NCBI GenBank assembly: GCA_963682135.1
Contig: OY821645.1
Location: forward strand, 2,720,001-2,784,000
DNA from: Methanothrix sp.
GTDB lineage: Archaea; Halobacteriota; Methanosarcinia; Methanotrichales; Methanotrichaceae
DNA length: 64,000 nucleotides
Reading direction: 5' to 3'
How positions within the stretch are numbered: the first letter of the stretch is position 1; every line of letters starts with the position of its first letter. The translations under genes and the position numbers were made by a program. Positions 63,736 to 64,000 of this stretch are shown in pieces. The notes under the pieces were generated by a model that was not told the DNA's origin, did not search any database, and saw only the letters and a program-made list of their open reading frames with translations.

Positions 63736-64000
63736 CAGGCAGCACCTCCTTCCTTAGGCTTGGCCTCTGCTCCATCTGTTTTTTTCTTGGCTGGAGCAGC
63801 CCCTTCCTTGGCCGGCTTTTTGGCTGCACCCTCTTTTGCGGCTCCTTCTTTGGCAGTCGCCTTCTTGGCAGCAGCTTTCTCGGCAGCTATCCTCTTGGCC
63901 TCAGCCTCAAGGTCGGCCACCTCTTTGGGAGAGAATCTCTTGGTCGATAGGAAATCTGGACTCTTCACGATATCTTTTCGCGTCCAGCCTGCCATGATGA
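63735..64000 (-). CDS. fpoI: Fpo subunit I C-terminus (5' part outside the window) with a Lys/Ala-rich tail
   Basis: Directly upstream of fpoJ with a TGATG overlap. The Fe-S motifs would lie outside the window, so the call rests on gene order. Confidence 0.65.
   Translation of the reverse strand, partial: IMAGWTRKDIVKSPDFLSTKRFSPKEVADLEAEAKRIAAEKAAAKKATAKEGAAKEGAAKKPAKEGAAPAKKKTDGAEAKPKEGGAA

Overview
This window is archaeal chromosome, most likely from an acetoclastic Methanothrix/Methanosaeta-type methanogen. That assignment is inferred from the fpoI-N operon with split fpoJ, a SatP/Ady2 acetate channel, an ADP-forming acetate-CoA ligase beta subunit, FmdE, PAC2, DUF473 and DUF11/NosD surface proteins. 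Housekeeping genes (ilvE, ribH, aminotransferase, eno, fpo) alternate with accessory material. (i) A decayed ~4.2 kb island lies at the 3' end of tRNA-Leu(CAA). It is bounded by an exact 22-bp direct repeat and carries an IS3 end, pseudogenes and a 17-bp inverted repeat. (ii) There is a bacterial-type hybrid kinase and an AdiA-like wing-domain decarboxylase. (iii) A RLAN/ATP-grasp/YkgJ/GCS2 double-ligase operon has a coupled 38-aa upstream ORF. (iv) A ~28 kb cell-surface region includes a 3.5k-aa DUF11 protein with 11 near-identical 390/381-bp repeats, a stand-alone paralog of its N-terminal tip, and two giant beta-helix proteins. One of these shares a ~700-aa C-terminal module ending in WxPP(E)DW with the DUF11 giant. 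(v) GC-rich hairpins sit at the borders of several accessory genes. All calls come from motif recognition only; no database searches were run.
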